From NCBI GenBank assembly GCA_051362555.1, contig CM120648.1:2209721-2273720 (forward strand): a stretch of DNA of 64,000 bases, given 5' to 3'. Source of the DNA: Lingula anatina. Lineage: Eukaryota > Animalia > Brachiopoda. A model generated the notes under the pieces. It had not been told where the DNA came from, ran no database searches, and saw only the letters and a list, made by a program, of their open reading frames with translations. Shown here piece by piece: positions 14,501 through 27,563 of this stretch. How positions within the stretch are numbered: position 1 is the stretch's first letter; each line of letters opens with the position of its first letter. Position numbers and translations under genes: made by a program.

Positions 14501-14920
14501 GATTAAGTAATGTGTTATTTGCTGAACAACCTGATTCAAAGTTAATTCAGTCAAGTTGATAAATTCAGCACCATCATAATAAGCTACAGCATACATAATT
14601 ATTTTCTTTGAACAAATAATGAGATATTATCTTTTTAAACATACTGTAATTTTGCTCTTTTTTCAGCTTACATCGGCCATTACTTTCCACAGCAAAAATG
14701 GCCCGTATACGTCACAATGCGAAACTTCATAAACGTCATGTACGTCATCCTATTTGGCTATACGTCATTTGTATGCATGGACGCGAAGGTTTACATTACC
14801 ATCAGCATGGTGCTGCTGTCATTAGCCTCGTTTTACACGTTTGAGGGTCTGAGAAAACGGAAGGACGCTAAAGAACTTTTGAAAAATGGACCTACTTATT
14901 TGCGCATTGGAAAACAATAA
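11592..14920 (+). CDS. UNC-93-like MFS protein, copy B; 6 exons (11592-11982, 12254-12583, 13464-13663, 13973-14076, 14333-14496, 14667-14920), ~480 aa
   Basis: Close paralog of copy A with the same intron positions and phases; all introns GT-AG. Confidence 0.9.
12795..13335. mobile_element. MITE with ~100-bp TIRs in intron 2 of UNC-93-like copy B
   Basis: Left end CAGGCCTACCCAACTACCAGACTCGGCA...TTTCGGAGTATCA has its reverse complement at the right end, ...TGGTAGTTGGGTAGGCCTG; TTAAT lies on both flanks. Confidence 0.9.
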
Positions 14921-16007
14921 ACGCTTGAAAAGCTGCCGGGAGTTATGAAGGGAATACGCGTGGTGCTTTATTGCGCATGGGCAAAACGGTCATCTTACGC
15001 AGATCTGTCGATACAGTGACAACAAAAAGACGACCCTCTATGTGCAGACTTTGACGTTCTATGTTATTGTTTGTCAGTGGCGGATATTTAAGATTTTTTA
15101 ATGATTTCAAATCGAACTGAAAATATTTTTGTGAAAGTAAAATGTTCAATAAAATGTTGGTGTTCATCAGCGTTGCACATTCTAAAACTTATAGAAACTA
15201 TAATAATTCTCGTACATTAATCATTTTGGAATAACCGTTTAGTTTGTTGAATCTCCCAATCAACATAATTATAAATTATGTGTTATATAAATGTTGATAA
15301 ATAGAACACCAAAGTACACAACATAATAAATGATGCATGTGGAACATGCGGTACGATTTCTGTATACACTTAAGTGCACAATGTATGTGAATTGAATGTA
15401 AAAATGACAAAAGCACTTCAATATGCTTGGAAATTAAGCTCATACGAGTAAATAAAAATACCAGAGTAAATGCTTCCAAAATAGGACATTTGTATCAAAA
15501 CATTTCTAAATCTGACATTGATTGTGGTAAACAGATCAGAGGTAGAGACATAGGCAGGAGCAACCGCTCTTGGTGCTATCTCAGACAAATATTTACCCAC
15601 TAGTTAATATCTAAACCAACCGGGTTAGATTAACACTTGGTGCATTTCCATGGTCGTCTCTTACAGATGAAGAGACGTCTGTCCAGGGTTGATTGCAGAA
15701 AGGTTGACATTGTGTCGTGAGACAGACAGACAGCACGTGCCCCTGACAGTGCGAAGCAAGGCCATCAGTCAACGCGCTCGTATTTGTTTAAACAGCTCTC
15801 TTTTCAACACAGCTAACAATTAACTCGGCCTGCATGTATGGGATGTATTTTACAGGTCGAATGAAGTCAAAAAAGATGAGGCTGATCTGATCGATGGTTA
15901 AATTGCCTTGGAGATATTTACTTGTACACAAGGGTTCCTTTGATCTTTGAAAGTACTTTATGACAACCACATCCGATATATATGTAACACTAGACTGAGG
16001 AGTCACA

Positions 16008-16556
16008 ATGGAAGTAAAACATACCGGAATGGATAGGGGCAATAAGTCAGTTACAAGAAGCAACGACGTATACCAAGAAGACGATGGAGAAAGCACACCT
16101 CTTCTGGGTAAAAGTGATCAGCGCGTTCAGCTGTCCAAATGGAAACCTTTGTCACAGCTGGTTGTTCTTGCAGTCGTGTACATGTTAGGGTACTCCCCGT
16201 TGTCAACTTTATTAAATTTAGAAAGAATATTGTATCCAGACATAGGCATCTATGCTTTAGTGTGTAACTTTGGAGGATCTATATGTTCCTTAGTGACTGC
16301 ATCAGTGATTGCCAAACATCTTGGGGCAAAGGGATCTGTTCTTCTAGGCTGGGTTTGCCAAGCAGTATTCATTGCGGCACATTTCTATATGGAACCTTAT
16401 GTCATTCTGCCAGTTGCTTTCCTGGTTGGAATAGGTAAATACATGATAAACTAATGTTGACACTTGTGTGACGTGTAGACCATTTAGATAATAAGCAGCG
16501 CATTCAATGCAGACTTTTTTCATTCTTGAGTTTTTTATCCATATCCTTACTCTTTG

Positions 16557-16600
<44 letters not shown>

Positions 16601-18326
16601 CACCCTCTAACTTCTCTATCCACACTAATATACCGGTATATGTTCCAGGACACGCTCAGGCTTGGATAACCAACGCTGTCTTTGTTACCGCGCTGGGTCT
16701 TCAGTACTCTGAAATCACCGGCCGCCCTCAAGGTGAAGTCATGGGCATGTTCCAGGGAATATTCTTCGCAATCTTTCAATTTAATGGCATCTGGGGCAAT
16801 CTGATCTCCGCTCTCGTGTTGAACAGCCCAGCAGACGACACAACTGGTAATGGGAGCACCTCCCATGCGCAAGGCGGGAACTTGAGCGCGCTTTGCGGAA
16901 GTAATTTCTGTCCTTGGGAAGATACATCCGGGACGTACATCACACAACCCGATCAGTACGTGATTTATATAATCCTTGGGTGTTTCCTAGGATTGGTGGG
17001 ATCGGCCTTTGTGATAGCACTATTATTTTTGAAGGACGTGAAATCAACGACAGGGGATTCCCTTCACAGCTTAGGAGCTTTTCTGGTGACTGTTTGGCGA
17101 CTGATATTTAAACGGAAGATGGGTCTTATTCTGCCAGCATTTATGTTCGTGGCAATTGGGCAGACTATGATTCTCACGGAGTTTATCACAGTAGGTATCT
17201 TATGATATTGGTTGTATTGGATTCTAAAGGGCGGATTACATTTTAACCTCTGTATTTACCACAGCACATAAATCAGACAATATTTCCCCATAACTTAATT
17301 TTTTGCTGTCATTGTCATCTTTACCACAAACGTGGGGAAAGGATTTACAAGGCTTTCCCTTCTCTCTTTTTTTAAAGGCAATCGGAAGAAGAAATGTCCT
17401 TCAGTTCATTTGTATTGAATAATGTTTGGTTTGTTCTGGATTTTGAAGCATTTCTTTTAAATTTGCAGGCTTTTGTAAGCTGCGAAATTGGTATACAATA
17501 CAATGGCTGGACGGCCATGTTCTACAGCGGAGGTCTAATCTTGGGTTCGACCTTGACCTCTCGTCTCGTGAAGCACGTGGGCTGGGTAACCTTGTTTGTA
17601 TCCGCCGCCTGCTGTAACGCTGCGTGTCTGCTGAGTATGCTGTTTTATGAACCGTCTGGTTTTGATTCACTGTGGTTCTACTTCCTGATACCGTTTGTGT
17701 CTGCACTGGGAGACGCGCAGTGGCTTGCTACAGCATCTGGTGAGAAGTTATTACACTTTTGTTTTTTTCCTATCATCGAAACTAGATATCAATCTTTTTA
17801 TTTATTATTATTAATATTATTGTCTTTATTGTATATTATTTCCTTTATTCATTTTCGTATTTGCATTTAATATAACTGTGTCGATTAACATAGTGACATA
17901 TATTGAGTTATAAAAATTCAATTTAAATGCAAATTAAATTAGATGGGAAATTAAAAAAAAAAAAACGGCTCAAAATTCTGGTATATTCTCTTATTCATTC
18001 CTTTATCTTTGCGGTATCTGTTTTAATATTTGTTAACATGTCCTTGCTCCGTGAACATTATTATTATTATTTATTATTCTTTTCATTTTTCAGCTTACGT
18101 GGGCCACGTGTTTCCGGATCAGAAGTGGCCTGTCTTTGTCACAGTGCGGAGTTTCATCTATGTAACGTTCTCGCTGGTGTATGCTTACTCAAACTTTGCA
18201 TGTATGGATACAAAAGTATACGTAATGCTGGGAGTTGTAGGCATGGCCCTTCTGCTGTCTATTATCTTTCTTGGGATAACTAAAAATTGGCATAAAAGTC
18301 AAAACACACAAAAAATTAAATTGTAA
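16008..18326 (+). CDS. UNC-93-like MFS protein, copy C; 4 exons (16008-16434, 16649-17190, 17469-17739, 18094-18326), ~490 aa
   Basis: Motifs FQGIFFAIFQFNGIWGNLISALVL and LCGSNFCP; GT-AG joins stay in frame. Confidence 0.9.
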
Positions 18327-18687
18327 ACTGTAATTTTAATCTAAAGACTAATTATTAATAAAAGAAATACTAATGAGAAGATAAGTGTGGTTTTCCAAAT
18401 TATGTGCAAAGGTTCTTATGGACTCTGCAAATAAGGGCTTTAAAAGGTTATATTTATCCTGAAAGCTATTTTAAATAGTCTCTATAATCTGAAAATCTCC
18501 AAAATATCATAAGAGGACAATGCTTTCACAACTGTTGAAACCTATGTGAACTGTATGCCTTCTTTGAAACCTCATTTTATTTATGTACTTCTTTAGATAC
18601 TTATCTTTTTTAAAAGAAAAACTCATGTGTGCTACGCGAGTGGTGTCAAATGCCTCAAAGTCAAGAGACCACATATCAGACCCTACG

Positions 18688-18688
<1 letters not shown>

Positions 18689-18744
<56 letters not shown>

Positions 18745-18812
18745 GCTTCCTACATGCATTTGTGGTCATAAACGATAATATGCCGTCCAATCTTTAAATA
18801 TGTGAGTGCTTA

Positions 18813-18847
<35 letters not shown>
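18689..18847. repeat. (TA)n and (TG)n microsatellites
   Basis: (TA)n at ~18689-18740 and (TG)n at ~18816-18847, read directly. Confidence 0.95.
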
Positions 18848-18849
<2 letters not shown>

Positions 18850-19281
18850 CTAAAATTGAGAGATACGGTTGTAAGGACATGCATGTGGCATATACTGTAC
18901 ATGTATATTGAGTTTCAAAGCTTGTCTTCCACGACCTAAACATAGGGTACCTGTACATGTGAAAGCCGCAGCTGTCTAAAAAAAACTGTCACGCAGTTTT
19001 AGTTACCGAATTTTACCGAAGTTTTCCGAATGTTACCTAATTTCACACTCAGTGTACAGATGCCATTTGACCTGAGGTTGGCCTGAAGTCCAGAAGGAGT
19101 GACCGAATCAACTGATCAGTGTGTAAAGAGTAACAGGCTATCGCTTTTGTGTAACGTGCACAAAGAGATATATACATGTATACATGGGTTCAGTTCAATC
19201 TTTGACATTAGTTCAGGTCACCGGCATCCAATAGATAACACTAACACGCCAACTCAGCATTATGAATATTAGGAAATCGTA

Positions 19282-21644
19282 ATGGAAGAAAAACAAGCCG
19301 TAAAACAGCAGGGCAATAATTGCATTACAAGAGTCAACGAGGTTAACCAAGGAGACGACACAGAAAGCACACCTTTTACGAAAACAAGTGACGAGCGCGT
19401 TCAGCTGTCCAAATGGCAACCTCTCTCACAACTGTTTGTTCTTGCAGTCGTGTATATGTTGGGGTACTCCCCACTGGCAACTTTATTAAATTTAGAAAGA
19501 GTATTGAATCCAGAAATAGGCATCTATGCTTTAATGTGCATCTTTGGAGGCTCCGTATGTTCCATAGTGACTGCACCTGTGATTGCCAAACATCTTGGGG
19601 CAAAGGGATCTGTCCTTCTAGGATGGTTTTGCCAAGCTCTGTTTATTGGGGCACATTTCTACATGGTGCCTTATGTCATTCTGCCGGTTGCTTTCCTGGT
19701 TGGAATAGGTAAGCACTGGGTAAACTTATGACTCCTTTAACATTAAAGGTTTCAAAACCGTAGCGGGCATATCGTGTGATAATCGTGTGATATCGCCTTC
19801 CCTTTCTCCTGGTCTGTCTCTCTGTCTTTCTGCGTTGAATAGTTATAAAAATACATATGGGGATGTTGGTTAATTCTTTACACTCGCTCTCTCCCTCTCT
19901 GTGCGTGTGTGTGTGTGTTCTCTAACCTCTGTATCTACACTTATAAATTTGTTTCAGGACACGCTCAGAATTGGATAACCAACGCTGTCTTTGTTACCGC
20001 GCTGGGACTTCAGTACTCTGAAATCACCGGCCGCCCTCAAGGTGAAGTCATGGGCATGTTCCAGGGAATATTCTTTACAATCTTTCAATTTAGTGGCATG
20101 TGGGGCAACCTGGTCTCCGCTCTCGTGTTAAATAGCCCAGCAGACGACACATCTGGTAATGGGAGCACCTCTCATGCTCAAGGCGGGAACTTGAGCGCGC
20201 TTTGTGGAAGTAATTTTTGTCCTTGGGAGGATACATCCGGGACTTATATCACACAACCGGAACAGCACGTGGTTTATATAATCCTTGGCTGTTTCCTAGG
20301 ATTGGTGGGATCGGCCTTTGTGATAGCACTTATATTTTTGAAGGACGTGAAATCAACGGCAGGGGATTCTCTTCACAGCTTAAGAGATTTTCTTGGGACT
20401 ATTGGACGACTTATTTTTAAGCAGAAAATGGCGCTCATGCTGCCAGCATTTATGCTGGTGCCAGCTGGACAGACTTTTATTCTTACAGAGTTTATCACAG
20501 TAGGTATCTTTTATACAGTTGGATAGTTTTTGTATATGTTTATGCTGTTGACGTGTTTTTTTTTTATCTGATTCCGAAAAGCAGATGACATTATTAGCAA
20601 ATTATTAATGATAGCCAAATAATTACTACTCCATTATTAACATACATTTGCTTTTGTCTTAACAACAATACTAGAAGATAAAAAGAAATGCAGTACTATC
20701 ACATATATTCTTGTTTTTATAAAGTCGATGAGGAGTATAGATACTGTTCAATCCATTTATAAATTCTTGATTTTTACTGATTTTTGAAGAAATGTCCTTC
20801 AGTTCATTTGTATTGAATAATGGGTGCTTTGTTCTGGATTTTGGAGCATTTCTTTTAAATTTGCAGGCTTTTGTAAGCTGCGAAATTGGTATACAATACA
20901 ACGGTTGGTCGGCCATGTTCTTCTACGGAGGTCTAATCTTGGGTTCAGCCTTGACCTCTCGTCTCGTGAAGCACGTGGGCTGGGTAACCTTGTTTGTATT
21001 TGGCGCCTGCTGTAACGTTGCATGTATGCTGAGTATGCTGTTTTATGAACCGTCTGGTTTTGATTCACTGGGGTTCTATTTTCTGATACCGTTTGTGTCT
21101 GCACTGGGTGACGTGCAGTGGCTAGTGACGGCTTCTGGTGAGGAACTTTTCACATTGTGGGCATTTTTTAAATCTTCTTTTCCTGACACCAGATACCGCA
21201 TTTTCAAGCCTTAATTTCATATTATTATTAATGCAGTCGATTTTTCATTTTCATTTAATATGATTGTGCGGGATTAGTGATAATTTGCCTAATATTTATC
21301 AAGTAGCTGCTGTTAGATTTAGGATAAGACTACATTACAGCATCTTTCACTTTTATTGAGACGCATGCGTGAAAGCAAAAATAATTGCTATTTATTTTTC
21401 TTTTTATTTTTCAGCTTACGTGGGCCACGTGTTTCCGGATCAGAAGTGGCCTGTCTTTGTCACAGTGCGCAGCGCCATGTATGTAGCCTATGCGCTGGTG
21501 TATGCTTATTCAAACTTTGCATGTACCTATACAAAAGTATACGCAATGCTGGTGTTTGTAGGCCTGTCCCTTCTTCTGTCTCTCACCTTTTTAGGGATAA
21601 CCAGAAATTGGCAGGAAAGTCAAAACACAAAAATTAAATTGTAA
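19282..21644 (+). CDS. UNC-93-like MFS protein, copy D; 4 exons (19282-19708, 19958-20499, 20867-21137, 21415-21644), ~489 aa
   Basis: First three exons are the same lengths as in copies C and E (427/542/271 nt); reading frame intact. Confidence 0.9.
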
Positions 21645-23338
21645 ACTGTGATATTTTTCATATCAAATTCTCAAAGAAGAAAGTAGTAGTAACAGGTAAA
21701 TTGTCGTTTTTTTTTTAAGTCTGTTTCCCCAAGTTCGTACTGGTATTCCCTCTGCAAGAAACGACATTTAAAGATGCATTTAAAGTCTATTTTTGCCAAA
21801 AAGCCGACCAAATGGCATCATATAATTTCAATAGTAAACTTTCGCTGAATGCCAAGGACATCGTTTTATATTTCCCGAAAACTGATATTCGAGTAGATAT
21901 TTTCTGTTTTCTTTCTGTGCTGTGTACATCCCTTAGCATTCTAATTTGAATAAGTATGCAATGCTCGCACAGTATAACTAGTACATCATTTAACGGAATT
22001 GACGAACTGGATCAAGGGAATAATAAATAGGGCCAATTCCCGGCAAGAAATTTAAAGAATTAAGAAACAGATTTAAAACTTTTTTGGTTGAACGAGGAAT
22101 TACACTGGTCTATAACTTGGCATGTCGACTTTATCTTAGTCGTATAAGAAACTAGTAGCAGTGGTCTATTTGTGTTGCTGTGTGTCCACGCTTGCCGAAT
22201 ATGTCTCTTGTTTCTTTAAATGGTGATTCGTATCCTGAAACGTATCTCAATAGTGAGAAATGCACAATCTATGTGAAACAGAACATTATATATTATGATG
22301 GATCATGCATTTACAATTGTTCTGGTAAGCCTATTTATTTCAAATGTTTATTTATGAAAATTTATCTATTAAGGGTAAAACATGATAAATTTGAATTCAA
22401 AATTTATCTTCTCCATGGCTCTCGTGAGGTCAGTAAAGGTACATAAATAAAATATCTAATAAATTAAAAAAATTAAGAGATTGTGTTAAGACTATCAAAA
22501 TATGAGAAGTGGTGGTCCGTTTGAAACCTTGTACACATTTTATTCATCTGCTTCTTAATTTATTTATGCATTTGTCTTCTAAAAAAATGCCGAAGATTGC
22601 AAAGATTGTAGCGAATATTTATGAAGTGTACAAAGGAAATAATAACGATTCCTAATATAATTTCTTAGCTAGTGTCTTATGTATATTTTACTAAAATTAG
22701 TTTTTTATCTTAAACATCTGATTGTTGTTGTGCAATTGAAATATTCACACATATTACTTGAGAAATTAAGGTCCCAAAAAGATATCCTGTCTCATTGCAA
22801 AAATAAGGATTTTAAAGACAGAACAGCCATGACTGATGCTATCACAGAAAGACATTACCCCAGTCGTTAATGTGTAAACCACTCCAGTGAGATCAGTCAA
22901 TAGTGGAGACCTCCAGACACATGAAGATAAAGTGGCGTTCAGACGGGTTCACTAGCCGGCTTGATTACACAACTTTGAAGCAGTGAGACTCTAGCTATCT
23001 TATTTTAGTCTTGATCAACCCTTAAGTAACCCTTGGCCAAGCGCAGCTTTGTCACAATCATTAAGCATATATAAATAACACGCAGTTTGGTAAACGACGA
23101 CTGATATGTTAGATTGGTTCTTACTGCAACTTGGTCTAAATAGCGAGAAAGTATGACGAAATCAGCTGCCTTTTGCTAAAACTGTGAAATGCAGTACATT
23201 TCTGCATCCAGATATTTACGTATGTATTAACAATTCAACATGTGTTAAACGGCGACCAGTGCACGAGACGCAACTGGACGGCCGTCAACTGATAGATAAG
23301 AAAAACCAACTCAGCACTCCGGATATAACGGGATCAAC

Positions 23339-25579
23339 ATGAAAGAAAAACAAGCCACAGTAGACCGGGACAATAATGTCATTAAAAGAAACAACGACGC
23401 ATACCAAGGGGATGATACAGAAAGCACTCCTCTTTTGAGTAAAAGTGACCGGCGCGTTCAGCAGTCCAAATGGGAGCCTCTCTCACAGCTGATTGTTCTT
23501 GCATCCGTGTATATGTTGGGGTACTCCCCGTTCTTCACGTTATTGAATCTAGAGAGTATACTGTATCCGGAGATAGGCGTTTTTGCTTTAATGTGCAATT
23601 ATGGAGGGTCCATTTGTTCTTTAGTGACTGCACCTGTGATTGCCAAACATCTTGGGGCAAAGGGATCTGTTCTTCTAGGCTGGGTTTGCCAAGCAGTATT
23701 CATTGCGGCACATTTCTATATGGTGCCGTATATCATTCTGCCGGTTGCGTTTTTGGTGGGAATAGGTATGTATTGGATAATCTGACTATTGACCTACTAC
23801 TGTGGACTATTGACCTATTATCAAACTAAGAATATTGTATACTTTTAATTTTTTTCCATTATTTTATTGATTTTGCATTTCTCTTCCAGAAACCTGACGT
23901 CTGTCTTGTTCCTCCTCCTTCTCTCTCTTTCTCCTCTCACTCCCAACCTTCGTTGTATGTGTTGCCTTAAATACTGGTATTAATCAATTTGTTCCAGGAC
24001 ACGCTCAGGCTTGGATAACCAACGCTGTCTTTGTTACCGCGCTGGGTCTTCAGTACTCTGAAATCACCGGCCGTCCTCAAGGTGAAGTCATGGGCATGTT
24101 TCAGGGAATATTCTTCACAATCTTTCAATTTAGTGGCATCTGGGGCAATCTTGTCTCCGCTCTTGTGTTGAACAGCCCAGTAGACGACACAACTGGTAAT
24201 GAGAGCACCTCTCATGCGCAAGGCGGGAACTTGAGCGCGCTTTGTGGAAGTAATTTCTGTCCCTGGGAGGATACATCCAGGACTTACATCACCCAACCGG
24301 AACAGTACGTGATTTATATCATTCTAGGGTGTTTCTTAGGATTGTTGAGTTTGGCTTTTGTTATTACACTTTTATTTTTGAAGGACGTCAAATCGACGAC
24401 AGGGGATTCCCTCCATAGCGTGAAAGATTTTCTGGTGACTGTTTGGCGACTGGTCTTTAGAAAGAAGATGGGTCTTATTCTGCCAGCATTTATGGTCGTT
24501 GGAATCGGGCAGACCCTCGTCCTTACAGAGTTTATAACAGTAGGTAGCTTTTGATTTTGGTAAGGCTTAGCAAAGCCCACATATATATTGAAAAGATTAA
24601 AAATTAAATGAAAAAACATTTACATTATAATAGCACAATGCACTGTTCTCTCACTATATCACTGGACATTGTTCTTTTTGTAGAGAAAAAAAAAGGAGTG
24701 GAAGTAAGAAAGGCAAACAAGGTCATCACTGTAGTTCTCACCAGAAGTCGAATACTCATATAAACTTACATGTCCTCTAAGATTAAGCGGATTTTCTTTT
24801 TAAAAATTACAGGCGTTTACAAGCTGTGAAATTGGTATAGAATATAACGGTTGGTCGGCCATGCTCTACAGCGGAGGCCTGGTGGTTGGCTCGGCCTTGA
24901 CTTCTCGCCTCGTGAAGCACGTGGGCTGGGTCACCATGTTTATACTCGCCGCCTGCTGTAACTCTGCATGTATGGCTAGCATGCTGTTATATCAGTCGTC
25001 AGGTTTTGATTCACTGGAGTTCTACTTTCTGATACCTGTGGTCTCTGCACTGGGAGACTCCATGTGGATGGCAACCGCTTCTGGTAAGAGACTTTAATAC
25101 ATCGGGGTATATATTTTTGATTTAATATCTCGTTTAGTGTAACCCGCGGGCAGAGTTTTTTTTTTTTTTTTTATTATTAATCGGGGCGGATATAGATTTG
25201 TTATATTGCAGTGGCAATTATTTGCTATGAGATATGAGACAAAAAGATATCAACAACCTATACACATATAGTTTGAAATGTTTGGAAGTAGAAACAATGC
25301 AAGGCAATTAAAACGTAAAGTCATAAAATTTTGGCTTCTTTTTCATTTGCTTCAGCGTACCTGGGCCACGAGTTCCCGGATCAGAAGTGGCCCGTCTTTG
25401 TTACCATGAGGAGCTTCATGTACGTGGCGTTTGGCGTGGTGTATGCCTACTCCAACTTCACCTGCATGGAGGCCAAAATTTACATCGCTCTTGGAGCCGT
25501 CGGACTGTCGCTGCTATCGTCTCTCTGTTTTATTGGGATAACGAAGAATTGGAAGACAAGCCAAAAGTCAGATATTTAA
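23339..25579 (+). CDS. UNC-93-like MFS protein, copy E; 4 exons (23339-23765, 23998-24539, 24813-25083, 25356-25579), ~487 aa
   Basis: Same exon structure as copies C and D; reading frame intact. Confidence 0.9.
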
Positions 25580-26889
25580 ATATCTATTTAATTTTATTTT
25601 ATTATCAATTATTATTTTCAAGTCAAAATTCTTGATGTAAATATTAAGGCTTGAGGAACACTCATTAAGTGTTTCAGGTGTAATTAATAAACAGACAATA
25701 TAGCAGTGCGATGTGCAATGTGTTCACATTATAATTAAGAAAGGGCATGCATGGGTTAACGAGAGCAGATTTTCAACGGGTTTGAAAAATAAAAGTCATC
25801 TTTGCGGTGTAATCCTATTTTTTCTATTATTTGTGCTGCGGTTCACCGTTCTAACGGCGACAGACAATTTTCATTTATTTCGTAGATTTTCTTGGACAAG
25901 ATTGCGGTAGGTTAATTAACATTGGCATCAATCTTTCAATAAAAATCCGAGCACATTTTTTGAGAATCTCTCAAGAGAAATAAATCCCCTTGTAACGAAT
26001 ACATAACGCTAAGGACTGTATCGCTAAAGTATACTGACCGATGTGAAACGTAATCTGTTTTAGATTTTAATCAACTTCAAACGAAACAAGTCTGGAAAAA
26101 ATCCAATTTTATTTCATTTTAAGCAGTGTTTACAGCATATGCGGATTATGTTTACAACAAATAAAGTATTAAAATGTACATTTGTTACTAGGCAAGTGAC
26201 TCAGTCGTATTAATTTTATTTCTTCACATATTAGAGAGACTGAGAAAAAGAAATACACATAATATCTGAAATCACCTTAACCCTTTAACCCCATACAGGA
26301 CATGTACTACACAGATAAGGAATTCTGTAGATGAGATTCCAGTAAATATGTTAATACAAACAACCATTTTGCCACAGCCCCTCCTAGAACCACTTTCAAA
26401 CAAATAAATATCACAGTTATACTTCCTTATCTTTAGCACCGGGCTCTGTCAACCTTATTAGATGAAAACTTAGCAGATTTTCTCTCATTTAGCACAGCAA
26501 AGGCCAGTGTGAAAGTTACACTGAACTTACTACTAAACACACTACATAAGTTGTGGCCCAGTCGATCCAACCTTGACTTTTGTACCATGACCTCTTGACC
26601 TTGACTTCCATGAAAATCAAGACTGTATCAGGATATTAGACACAATTTCTTCTTGGTCGAACTTTTCATCTCAACAAGTGGTTGTTCCCAATAAACAGGA
26701 GATGAAATCAACATGTTTTTAAATATAGAAGGGGTTAAGGAACAAAGAAAAAAATTGGAACTGAAATATAATAATAAATAAATAATTACAAGGCAGCAAA
26801 GCTGTCAAATGTACAGACAAAAAGCAGGAAATAACAAAATAGGCTACTGTCAATTCTGATGCAAATTTAAGTAAAATGTGAAACAAGCA

Positions 26890-27560
26890 TAAGGCTTCAG
26901 GCCCATGGGAGTTCAAGTTCACACTTTGAAAATGTAAAACTTCCAGAAAAAGAAGTCAATTAGACTGCTTTTCCAACTCAGGCTGCATTTTAGTCCTGTA
27001 TTTCTTTTTTGAAAGTTTGGCAATCATAAGTTACATGGTTTTCCCATAATGGTCAAATGGCAGCAGCACCCAAAATTGTGTTTTCTTCTATTCTGATGCA
27101 ATATTACATAATGGTTAACAGCAAAATGACAATCAATTTTTAATAACAAAATATATGTATCATGGATTTTCAGAAAATGTGACTAGCCTGGGTCTTCAAG
27201 CCTGTGGAACTTCAAAGTCACACCTTGAAAATGCCAATATGTGAAAAATTAAATTTTCACAAAAAAACTGTTTATCTGGCAGATTGCATTGCCTACTGAA
27301 GCTGTATTTTAGTCCCATGTTTCTTTCCTGTAAGTTTGAGAACAGTAAGTGACATGGTTTTTCTTAAAAGGTAATCATGGGAGCAGTGCCCAAAATAGTT
27401 TTTTTTTTCAAATTTTGATGCAATATTACATAATGTTTAACAGCATAATGACCATCAATTTTTAATAATAAAATATTAGTATCATGGATATTCAGAAAAT
27501 GTGACTAGCAAAGGTCTTCAGGCCCATGGAACTTCAAAGTCACAACTTGAAAATGCCGAA
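26890..27560. repeat. Diverged tandem repeat, ~300-320 bp unit, ~2.2 copies
   Basis: The motif CTTCAGGCCCATGG...TTCAAAGTCACA..TTGAAAATG recurs at ~26895, ~27195 and ~27515, and the sequence between occurrences aligns. Confidence 0.8.
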
Positions 27561-27563
27561 ATG

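Noticed and set aside
26277-26738. piggyBac-like element (TTAACCC...GGGGTTAA)
   Set aside because: Terminal complementarity is only 3-4 bp.
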